A stretch of DNA of 31,804 nucleotides, taken from assembly GCF_006345805.1 (NCBI RefSeq), contig NW_021832201.1:1-31804 (forward strand), given 5' to 3'. Position 1 is the first letter of the stretch, and the number at the start of each line of letters is the position of its first letter. This document shows positions 21,905 through 31,804 of the stretch, one piece after another. A program made the position numbers and the translations under genes. A model generated the notes under the pieces. That model did not search any database. It saw only the letters and a list, made by a program, of their open reading frames with translations, and was not told the DNA's origin. The stretch is from Octopus sinensis. Lineage: Eukaryota.

Positions 21905-22804
21905 CAGGGTGTACCAGAAGTATTGGGCACATTTTGACATTGGATATCTCGAAAATTATTAAGGACATAAAAACGCATCTGATATATTCTGAAAGCTTGC
22001 AATTTCAAGTATTTTATGGAATGGTCAAAGATGTTCAATGTGAGCACCGTTGGTCACACGGCACACCTCAAGCCGATAGTCCAATTCTTGCCAAACGCGT
22101 TCCAGCATTGCATTGTCGATGGTTGCAACAGCTTTCGTTATTTGAGCCTTCAGTTCATCCACGTCTTTTGGAAGAGGAGGCACATAGACCAGTCCTTTCA
22201 CAAACGCCCATAAAAAGAAATTGCAGGGTGTGAGATCTGGAGACCTGGGAGGCCAGGACATGAGAACGCGATCATCTCGCCCAGACCGTCAAATCCATCT
22301 GTCTGGCAGTGTTGTGTTCAGATACTGTCTAACCCTGAGCCTCCAGTGCAGTGACGCCCCATCCTGTTGGAAAATGAAGTCCCTGCTGGCTCTTCTGATC
22401 GATTTACGGGGGCTCCGCTCGAAGGCAGTTCGAACTCGCTCAACCGTATCATCTGAAGTTGAGGGACGTCTCGTTCTCTTAACTGGGCACAAACACCAAT
22501 CTTTCATGAACTTACCATTCCATCTCAATATGGAGTTCCTTTCTGGTGCCTCTTTTCGGAATTTTGTGCGAAATGCACGTTGAACAAGTATCCATGATTC
22601 AGTTTTTGCAAATCCAAAGATGCAACGCCTTTTCTGGCTGAATGAACGCCATTACTGGATCTGAAAAAAATGAAAAAATCCTTAGCATTACAAAAAAAAC
22701 TTAATGAATTTAGCTTTAAAATGGTACCAGTTTCATCTTACTACCAATAACAGTCCAGCAGATATGAGGACTTGAAATGTGCCCAAGACTTCTGAAACAG
22801 CCTG
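21905..22804 (-). mobile_element. Tc1/mariner DD41D (rosa-like) element, internally deleted, both TIRs retained
   Basis: TIRs 21905-21934 and 22775-22804 (26/30 identical), TA on the left. Transposase FQQDGASLH...WPPRSPDLTPCNFFLW with 41 residues between the second and third D (one read-through stop). An in-frame junction SIRRASR|DFIFQQDG removes the first-D region. Confidence 0.9.
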
Positions 22805-22806
22805 TC

Positions 22807-22861
<55 letters not shown>

Positions 22862-22882
22862 TGTGTGTGTGTGTGTGGTGTG

Positions 22883-23222
22883 TAATAACAATTTAACAAA
22901 TAAAACATATGCATACATACATACATATATGTACATACCTACATCTATATGTATATATACATTTCATTCCTTTTTTTTACCCCTCTGCAAAAGAATTTAA
23001 TTTAATTCATTTTGCAGGAAGGACTGCTTCGGCCGGATCGTGTTCTGCCCTTACCTTCTAAACACGCATTGAGTCGAACCAGGGGCACCTGATGAAGGGG
23101 AATATTCCTTATATTGTTTGTCTTGTACCCAGTTATTTAGTTGTTAAAAAAAGTCCGTTTCCTTGTTTGTTTTTATGGTTTCGTTTCTCGTTGTGTACTA
23201 CGTTTATTTGTGGTGTTCTGTA

Positions 23223-23266
<44 letters not shown>

Positions 23267-23372
23267 TATATATATATTATATATATATATATATGCATGT
23301 ATATATACATATAGATGTAGGTATGTATATATATGTATGTATGCATATGTTTTATTTGTTAAATTGTTATTA
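22883..23372. repeat. Near-identical ~80-bp inverted repeat pair (22883-22962 / 23297-23372)
   Basis: taataacaatttaacaaataaaacatatgcatacatac...cctacatctatatgtatatatacat and its reverse complement. Confidence 0.85.
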
Positions 23373-23515
23373 TAGACTGAGCGCCTCGCGTCGTTTCTTA
23401 TCCTCCAAGTAAGTTTATATATATATATATACATACATAATATATAACATATATACACATGCATATATACATACATATATATACCACATACATACATACA
23501 TACATATATATACCC

Positions 23516-23585
<70 letters not shown>

Positions 23586-24094
23586 TTAATTAGAGGATAT
23601 GTTAACCTCGTGAAGGGATGATTGCATCCAAGGAAATATTGGTTCGATACCTAGTATTTTAGGGGAATGAATTTCCCTTAAAACAGTAGGTACATATAAA
23701 GCATATAGTTTATATCTATTTAAAGGAAGAAAAGAAAATGGAGATAAGGAAATTAGTAATTGTTTATTATTAACAAATTGGTAATCTTCGCTTCTTACAC
23801 CTGTTCCAATTAATACTCAATAATTCAATTGCAAAATTGTACATATAATTTGCATTTATGTGACATGAGTATAATTTCATCAGAGGTATAAAAGATGTAC
23901 GTTTGGATGTTATATGTGAGCTATTTCTAATCAGCAGACTACATGTTACGGCTTCTGATTTGTATTATTATTTGCTCGGGCGAGGGGTTTACAGATTGAT
24001 TAGAGATAGATTAAATATATATATATATATGCATGTATGTATGATGTATGCATGTATGTATGTATGCTTGTATATATGTGTGTGTGTGTATGTT

Positions 24095-24213
24095 GGCCTG
24101 CTCGCTTAGCCAGCGGGGTGGCGTCATTTGAAGGCTAAAACAATGTGAAGCGCATTGTGACCAGCGATGTGTAGCAACATCTGATAGCCTGGTCGGTGAC
24201 GGTGATCACGGTG
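24095..24213 (+). mobile_element. SINE variant D, 3' part
   Basis: gcattgtgaccagcgatgtgtagcaacatctgatagcctggtcgg matches about 6190-6245. Confidence 0.7.
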
Positions 24214-24239
24214 TATAGTATGTATATGTATGTATATGT

Positions 24240-24281
<42 letters not shown>

Positions 24282-24658
24282 GATATGTTATTATATTATA
24301 TATATATACATGTATATATATGATATATATACTATATACATTGTGATATATATAGATATATATATATATATATACATGGATATATATATATTATATATAT
24401 ATACATGTATATATATATATATATTATATATATACATGTATAATATTTATATATATTATCTATATATACATGTATATATATATATAGATAGAGAGAGAGA
24501 TATGGATATATACTATGTATATACATATACATATGCGAATGACATACGTGTGTGTGTGTGTGTGAATGTACTATGTAGGTAGATTGGTAGGTACGTAGTT
24601 AGATAGATAGATAGATAGATAGATAGTTATTTGTAAGTGTCAGAGCGTACCTTTGTGT

Positions 24659-24985
24659 GAAGGTGGGTGGGTTAGTGGCCATGGTATTCTACTCACGATC
24701 GTTAGAATATGAACCCGATACTCGGCGGCGCGTTCTGTCCTTGAGCAAGTCACTTTATTTTACATTGCTGCAGTCCACTCAGCTCACTCATAAACGAGTA
24801 GTCCCTGTATTTCAAAGGACCGACTTTGTCACATCGTGTCTCCTGATGAATCTCCCTGAGAACTAAATTTTGGGTAGCCAACTTGTCAGTGGAGTGCTCA
24901 GCCACTTGCACGTTAATTTCACGAGTAAGCTATTCCGTTGATCTTTCTAAGTGGAACCCTCGCCGTCGCAGCCGACGGAGTGTGT
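24659..24985 (+). mobile_element. tRNA-SINE family B, diverged full length
   Basis: gtccttgagcaagtcactttatttt core and gtgctcagccacttgcacgttaatttcacgag 3' region. Confidence 0.85.
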
Positions 24986-25500
24986 ATACATTTGTGAGTG
25001 TATATTATTACACAGAGTATGTATGTATGTATGTATGTATGTATGTATGTATGTATGTATCATGTATGTATGGATGTATGCATGTATGTATGTGACAGAT
25101 TTTCCCGTCGATTTCGACGTATGAGTGTCTGAGCATCTTTTTTTCTTTTCCAGCTTTGATGTCGCTTACGAAGCTTTAATCAAACCAACGATTTACAGAG
25201 AAGGCCACCGATTGGTCATCGGAAAGGATTGTTAAACCAAGCGGTTGGCATATTTGTTGCAGACATATTTGTCTTTTGCTCTTGGTTCTCTATGATGACC
25301 CAGACAGTCCATTGCACAGTTAGTTATGGTTTTATATCAAACTAACGTCCATCCGTTGCGATTCAATGCAGCTTTTTCAAATATTTCGGCGAGGGATGTA
25401 ACTTTGTCGTTTTCAGATTAGCTTTGAGCTAGTCCTTGGATCTTAGCCACGGTCTTCTTATGCTTCGCCTGTGCTTGAAGCCACAATAAAATTATTATAG

Positions 25501-25920
25501 GTTGGTGAACTGGCAGAACCGTTACCGTGTTGGGTTAAATGCTTAGCGGCATTTCGTCCGTCTTTACGTTCAAATTTCGCTGAGGTCGACTTTACCTTTC
25601 ATCGTTTCGGGATCGGTGTAATAAGCACCACTTAAGCATCAATATCGAAATAATCGACTAGTTCCTGTCCCCGAAATTGCTGGCCTTGTGCCAAAATTTC
25701 AAAACAATATTATAATATTATAATAAGGCAGAATCGTTAGCACGCCAGGCAAAATGCGTAGCGGTATATTTACATTCTGAATTCAAATTCCACCGAGGTG
25801 GTCCTTGTCTTTCATCCTTTCAAAGTCGATAAAATAAGCACCAGTCGATTACTGGGGGTCGATGTAATCAACTTTCCCCACCTCTCCGAAACAGCTAGCC
25901 TGAGCCAAAATTAGAAACCA
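25501..25920 (+). mobile_element. Two head-to-tail SINE family C copies (25501-25706, 25727-25920)
   Basis: Each has a ggcagaa.cgtta head, aaatgc.tagcgg, and a ccaaaatt..aaac end. Confidence 0.85.
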
Positions 25921-25924
25921 ATAT

Positions 25925-26325
25925 TCTTTTCTATTCTAGACACAAGGTCCGAAATTTTGGGGTGACGGGGGCCACTCGATTAGATCGACCCCAGTACGCA
26001 ATTGGCACTTAATTTATCGACTCCGAAAGGATGAAAGGCAAAGTCGATCTCGGCGGAATTTGAACTCAGAAGGTAAAGACAATGAAATACCTATTTCTTT
26101 ACTACCCACAAGGGGCTAAACACAGAGAGGACAAACAAGGACAGACAAACGGATTAAATCGATTATATAGACCCCAGTGCGTAACTGGTACTTATTTAAT
26201 CGTCCCCGAAAGGATGAAAGGCAAAGTCGACCTCGGCGGAATTTGAACTCTGAACGTAACGGGAGACGAAAAACGGCTACGCATTTCGCCCGGTGTGCTA
26301 ACGATTCTGCCAGCTCGCCGCCTTA
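25925..26325 (-). mobile_element. SINE family C, full-length dimeric form
   Basis: ggcggcgagctggcagaatcgttagcacaccggg head; two gagttcaaattccgccgag.tcgactttgcctttcatcctttcgg units separated by the spacer also seen at 16789-17085. Confidence 0.9.
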
Positions 26326-26700
26326 AGTAGAAGCCAATATTATGATGTCTATGATTCATGGCTATGAACAACTATAAGCTTTACTCTCCCATAGAGGATA
26401 GCTTTGGGACACCAGTAATCGTTGACTGATCCCATTCTGATGACTAAATAAAGTTTTATGCATTTTTATAATCTCAATAATTATATTTAATCCTTTTAAT
26501 AGCGGAAAGTAATTATATCCGACCAAAATTTAAACACCCTTAACTTCGGAGTGCATTCTTATATAACAATCTGTCTTTTATTGAGTGATGTCATGTCTGA
26601 AACCATATTTGATTGATATATGTCAAATATACTGAGGCAACATGACTTGCTGAAAATACTAAGTCTAATTGGAAGTGGGGTTAGATATTTAACATCAATA

Positions 26701-27068
26701 GGCGTTGCCGTAGCTGTATGGTAAGAAGTTTGTTTCCCAACCACATGGTTCCGGTTTCAGTCCCATTGCGTTGCACATCGAGCAAGTGTCTTCTACAATA
26801 TCCTCAGACCGACCAAAGCCTTGTGAGACGGAAACTGAAAGAAGCTCGTGCGTGTGCGTATGTGTGGGTGTGTGTTTTCATCCCCCTTCACCGCTTGACC
26901 ACCGTGTTGGTGTGTTTACATCCCCGTAACATAGCGGTTCGCCATAAATGACCGATAGAATAAGTACCGGGATTAAGACAAAAATAAGTACTGGGGTCGA
27001 TTCGTTCGACTAAAAATTCTTCAAGGCAGTGCCCCAGCATGGTCACATTAACTGAAACAAGTAAAAAA
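26701..27068 (+). mobile_element. tRNA-SINE family A
   Basis: Collinear with 6559-6918. Confidence 0.85.
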
Positions 27069-27390
27069 CAAATTATCATTAATGGAATGATCAAGAATTT
27101 CACACCTAAAATTTTAAGTTGGTTGGCGGAATCGATAAAGCATTAGACAAACTCCCTTGTGATATTTACTTGTGTTTCTTGTTCTTAGCGTTCTGCGTTC
27201 AAATCCTGCGATGACAACTTTTGATATCCTTTTTCAGGTGTGGATAAAATAAGTGCTTTTGATATACAGGAGTCAATATAACGCGGCTGTCCTTCTCCAG
27301 CCTTCAAACAGGGATAACTTCTAGCTACGTTTAAATACAATTAAATACATTATTATAGTTGTTGCTATCAATAATAATGTATTTCAAATG

Positions 27391-27561
27391 AAGGCGTAGG
27401 AGTGGCTGTGTGGTAAGTAGCTTGCTTACCAACCACATGGTTCCAGGTTCAGTTCTACTGCGTGGCACCTTGGGCAAGTGTCTCCTACTATAGCCTCGGG
27501 CCGACCAAAGCCTTGTGAGTGGATTTGGTAGACGGAAACTGAAAATAGCCCGTCGTATATA

Positions 27562-27616
<55 letters not shown>

Positions 27617-27823
27617 CTGTGTTTGTCCCCCCAACATCGCTTGACAACCGATGCTGGTGTGTTTACGTCTCTGTAACTTAGCGGTTCGGCTAAAGAGACC
27701 GATAGAATAAGTACTAGGCTTACAAAGAATAAGTCCTGGGGTCGATTTGCTCGACTAAAAAGGCGGTGCTCCAGCTTGGCCACAGTCAAATGACTGAAAC
27801 AAGTAAAAGAGAGTAAAAGAGTA
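27391..27823 (+). mobile_element. tRNA-SINE family A, full length, young
   Basis: aaggcgtaggagtggctgtgtggtaagtagc...gactgaaacaagtaaaagagagtaaaagagta. Confidence 0.92.
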
Positions 27824-27825
27824 TA

Positions 27826-27960
27826 TGGCCAGCAGTTTTGATTGAGGTAAATAGGCGATTACATCGACTCCGGTCCTCAAATGGTACTTTATTTTTCGAC
27901 CCCGAAAGGATAGAAAACAAAGTTAACCTCGACGTTAATTTGAACTGATAACGTAAAGAG
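27826..27960 (-). mobile_element. SINE family C fragment
   Basis: tcgacccgaaaggatagaaaacaaagttaacctcgac...tttgaactg. Confidence 0.65.
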
Positions 27961-27974
27961 CCAAAAGAAATGCT

Positions 27975-28138
27975 GCTAGGCTTCCATACAGTTTTCGTCA
28001 ACAAAATTCACTCACAAAGCATTGGTTGGCCAGACGCTATAGCAGAAAAGCACACAAGGTGTCGCGCAGTGGGGCTGAACCCGAAACCACGTGGTTGCAA
28101 AGCTAGTTTATTAACCATACAACCATGCCTGCGTCTGG
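27975..28138 (-). mobile_element. SINE family A, diverged 5' half
   Basis: Reverse of gcatggttgtatggttaa...gggttcagccccactgcgcgacacc...tgtgagtgaattttgttgacg. Confidence 0.75.
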
Positions 28139-28158
28139 TTGAAAGAAAACTTATCAAA

Positions 28159-28561
28159 TACTCTTTTACTCTTTTACTTGTTTCAGTCATTTGACTGCGG
28201 CCATGCTGGAGCACCGCCTTTTAGTCGAGTAAATCGACCCCAGGACTTATTCTTTGTAAGCCTATACTTATTCTATCAGTCTCTTTTGCTAAACCGCTAA
28301 GTTACGGGGACGTAAACACACCACCATCTGTTGTCAAGCAATAGTGGGAGGACAAACACAGACACACAAACATATACACACATACATATACATACATATA
28401 TACGACGGGCTTCTTCCAGTTTCCGCCTACCAAATTCACTCACAAGACTTTAATCGGCCCGAGGCTATCGTAGAAGACACTTGCCCAAGGTGCCACGCAG
28501 TGGGAATGAACCCGGAACCATGTGGTTGGTAAGCAAGCTACTTACCACACAGCCACTCCTG
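28159..28561 (-). mobile_element. tRNA-SINE family A, full length, young
   Basis: Reverse complement collinear with 27391-27823. Confidence 0.92.
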
Positions 28562-29025
28562 AATATTTTAAAACTTTTATTAATTTTGTTTCATTTTTAA
28601 TTTCGTTTTTAATTTTGTTTTGTGCAATAAAAGTCTGAAGTTCCTGAAGTTCTTAAATATCTAAAACCTACAATAGTTCCGTTGTGTTTATTTTATCAAA
28701 ATTCCTAAAAATATTTTTCTAATATGCTTCCTTTGAAATAATTCTTGTGAAAGAGTAGGTGGGGTTGTCGGGAGAATATTTATTAGGCCCTCATTAAAAT
28801 ATGCTAATATAGTTATATTAGCTATGAGAGAAATAGACTGTGCCAAAATTATCTTGAAACGATTTCAAGATTACATTTGCGCAAAAGTTAAGTGCGCATA
28901 AACTTTTGTGTCACAGGTGAAGAAAGAATGCATAGCAAATAAGAATTCAGAGCATACATTACCCCCAAATTTCTGGCCTTGTGCCTATGTAAGAAATAAG
29001 TAGATTTGCGAACAGCCGAACTTAC

Positions 29026-29149
29026 CCGCGATACACGCAGGGCAACGAAAGCGTCCTGTAAGCTATTGTTCAATGCCCGAGTTTTACCGACTTGCGGGTT
29101 GGTGCTGAATATTTTCTGTGGCGTACAGGACGAATCCGACTTTCTGTCT
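29026..29149 (-). other. Candidate 124-nt exon in a CpG-rich island
   Basis: Acceptor gtcttttccccctag, donor CGG|gtaagt (29020-29025). One open frame DRKSDSSCTPQKIFSTNPQVGKTRALNNSLQDAFVALRVSR; no homology recognised. Confidence 0.3.
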
Positions 29150-29392
29150 CTAGGGGGAAAAGACGTGACACCTTTTCTTAGCTGTGAAGAACGGCTTGTC
29201 TTATTCTACTAGGTAGCTCTGGGAAAAGGGGTTACGTGGCGGACTCGTCTCAAAGGTTTGAAGACAAGCATTTTCCTATTAGATCAAGCTCTCGTTAACG
29301 TCTTCAAGTACGTATGTATGTACGTATATATTTATGAGTGTATGTATGTATATGTAAATACACACACACACTCACACACACACACACACACA

Positions 29393-29464
<72 letters not shown>

Positions 29465-29714
29465 TAAATGAAAGACGGAAGATGGAATATACGAGAATTT
29501 TTATTAATAATTGCAATTGTTTCGACACATCTAGCATCTATCCCTCACGGATGGGATACTTAACAACTGGTTCAGGAGCATATTTCGTCCTCGTATCGTC
29601 TTCAATGTCAATTATTATTGACCGTCGAAATCAAGTGTATCTTTCGTCTACCAAAGTCGATAAAATGAAATTCCAGATAAATCCTACAAATAGCTCTTGT
29701 ACTTATTTTGCACG

Positions 29715-29897
29715 CTGGGCAAAATGCTTAGCGGCATTTCGTCTGTCTTTACGCTCTGAATTCAAATTCCGCCGTGGTCGACTTTGTATTTTATCCTTTG
29801 AGGGTCGGTAAAATAAGTAGTAGCTAAACATTGGGGTAGATGTTATTGACTTAACCCTTCCGGTGAACTTGCTGGCCTTGTGCCAAAATTTGAAACC
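29715..29897 (+). mobile_element. SINE family C
   Basis: gggcaaaatgcttagcggcatttcgtctgtc...gctggccttgtgccaaaatttgaaacc. Confidence 0.85.
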
Positions 29898-29909
29898 AGT
29901 ATTACATTC

Positions 29910-30500
29910 AACACCGTTGTCTTCAAATTTATCGTTCATCAACTTCAAAATCATCCTGCTTTTAATTTTTCTCTATGTCTTGCTCTATGCTTTACTGAAT
30001 TTCCCGCCGAATTTCCTGTAACAAGTTTTCTCAACTATTCTTTGGCCTTAATTTTCCTTATTTGATCACATAGTCTTTCTTCAGTTATTTCAAGACCATG
30101 TTGCTGCTCCCAAATAGGTAACATTTGCTTACAATATCCTCTTCTCTCTGGTTGACTTTCGTCATAACATTTCGTAGCAAGGATGGTCTGTTGCATGCTC
30201 CATTTCTTTCGAACTAACACTGAATGATGACTGGGATCACGCTGTTCTTCCATGAGACACCTGTTGAGCGGGAAACCTTTACTTTGAGTTCCAGCCTTGT
30301 CTACGCTGTTATTTTAAACCATGTTATACTCCATTTCACTCATAAGAGGCTAGTTTTTTGAGGTTGTATAACTACCAATGTTTTCATTGAGACATCATGC
30401 CTAGAAAGACCGTGATCCAAGACTGAAGAGCGATTTAAGCTCTCGAGACACGGCTTGTACACTGCCGGGCACCAACTCAGCATTTATTGGCCACAGAGGA
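29910..30500 (-). mobile_element. R4/Dong-clade 5' fragment (putative 5' UTR plus N-terminal ORF region), decayed
   Basis: RKKWSMQQTILATKCYDESQPERRGYCKQMLPIWEQQHGLEITEERLCDQIRKI resembles the R4/Dong N-terminal RxKW...CY..S.P..RGY...W...RL.DQ.R.I motif. The boundary of the upstream UTR is approximate. Confidence 0.7.
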
Positions 30501-30806
30501 TAGATACCTACAAATATACAAATAATAATAATAGAGAATTATGATAAAGAATAAAGAACAGTGAAAAAGAATAAGGAATTATGAAAAAGTATAATAGTGT
30601 AAGGAATTGATTTGACATCAGTTACTTGTGATTGATAAATTTGAAAATGAAATAAATTTATTATTAATTATAAAAGCATGAGACCTTAGTGGAGACTCTA
30701 ATTCATCTCACTGATTGCTCCGACCAATTACCGATATACTTTTCATTTTCTTTCTTTTTTATACTCTTCATATCCGCTTGTTTCAGTTTGTTTAGATTCT
30801 ATAATT

Positions 30807-30807
<1 letters not shown>

Positions 30808-30883
<76 letters not shown>

Positions 30884-30925
30884 CAGAAAGACAGACAGAC
30901 AGATAGAGAGAAAGAGAGAGAGAGA
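30808..30925. repeat. (GATA)n/(GACA)n/(GA)n microsatellite
   Basis: Direct reading. Confidence 0.95.
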
Positions 30926-31740
30926 AGGACAAGGGAGGAAAGGTGAGAGGTGAAGAGAAGAAATAAAGTTGAAAATGCACAAAGAATTCTTAAAATTTAT
31001 TAGAATATAATTATATTTTAAAATATAGGAAGACACTTTACCGGTTTCACATTAGATGTTCAAAAGTGTATAATTTTGTGTCCCAAATTATGTCTATTCT
31101 GGCCGTTGTAATAAAAATAGTTTGTATTTAAAGTAGAAATATAGCTGATAACGTTATCTGTCAACGTACAAATTGATTGATCAACGTTTATGTATTATGC
31201 TCATCTGGCAGTCGCGCGAGAAAGACATATAAAAGCTTTTCTCCATTGAATATGTTATATGACAGTTAGAAAAGAGAGATATAGATAAGTGATATAATAA
31301 TAGTTTACATAAAAGTGGTATTAATTGTTATTGTTTATCATTCTTTCGAACAACAATGTTATCTATTAGAGCTAATTCTTTTCCATTTAACAAGTTAAAA
31401 TATAACCCGCCTTTGTTAACAAGGAGCATTTAAGTAAGATAACAAAGTGTTGTGTAAATAAGATAAATGATAATTGCTACATGAATTTTGATTTTCTTAA
31501 GAACTATCCCAAATAGACATTCTACAAAATTTAATTCATAGGAAAAGGAGAATCGTATATAACTGATTAGCAGTGGCTGTTTAGCAGTGGCTTGTATTTT
31601 TTAATAAACGAACTTCCCTTATTAATTCTTGTTTGGTCTGGGGTATTGTCTGCATATTGATAGAGTTGGAAGACAAGCAATTTATGGGATTTGATTTTCG
31701 CACATGTTCGCAAAGTTTTTGGGATCAAGTATTTATATAA

Positions 31741-31743
<3 letters not shown>

Positions 31744-31804
<61 letters not shown>
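31744..31804. repeat. (TG)n microsatellite running to the window end
   Basis: Direct reading. Confidence 0.97.

Noticed and set aside
23055-23095. Possible 34-nt minus-strand exon (ttcatcag|...|gtaagg)
   Set aside because: Short, probably within a repeat-like segment, and no homology; expected by chance.
23080-23125. gcacCTGATGAaggggaatattcctt, hammerhead-like 5' half
   Set aside because: No GAAA follows the hairpin and there is no stem III or stem I partner.
25140-25240. Strong polypyrimidine acceptor followed by FDVAYEALIKPTIYREGHRLVIGKDC*
   Set aside because: No good donor, the frame closes after 26 codons, and no recognisable homology.
1419-31036. Dozens of ORFs rich in YI, HT, CV, poly-L/R/S/H
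   Set aside because: They are translations of TA, TG, GAA, GAT and TACA microsatellites, or of SINE bodies; not proteins.

Overview
AT-rich eukaryotic, repeat-saturated, apparently intronic or intergenic DNA. The dense compound microsatellites and tRNA-derived SINE families look like an octopus or other coleoid cephalopod genome (inference, not verified). No intact host gene is visible; only two weak candidate exons were found. Most listed ORFs are microsatellite or SINE artefacts. Real content: about 25 tRNA-SINE copies from 3-4 families, a 5'-truncated R4/Dong RLE retrotransposon inserted in (TAA)n, a second Dong N-terminal fragment, two Penelope-like GIY-YIG fragments, two decayed Tc1/mariner elements (maT-like and DD41D rosa-like) and a MITE. 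The most interesting signal is a small hammerhead-ribozyme retroelement system: (i) a nearly canonical type I hammerhead inside a 355-bp terminally redundant retrozyme-like unit (496-901); (ii) a tRNA-headed element with a Penelope-type minimal hammerhead motif, present twice (3511-3650, 9375-9598), one copy abutting a Penelope endonuclease; (iii) a degenerate third hammerhead-like motif (1949-1983). There are also two locus-specific inverted duplications and inverted SINE pairs that could form dsRNA.
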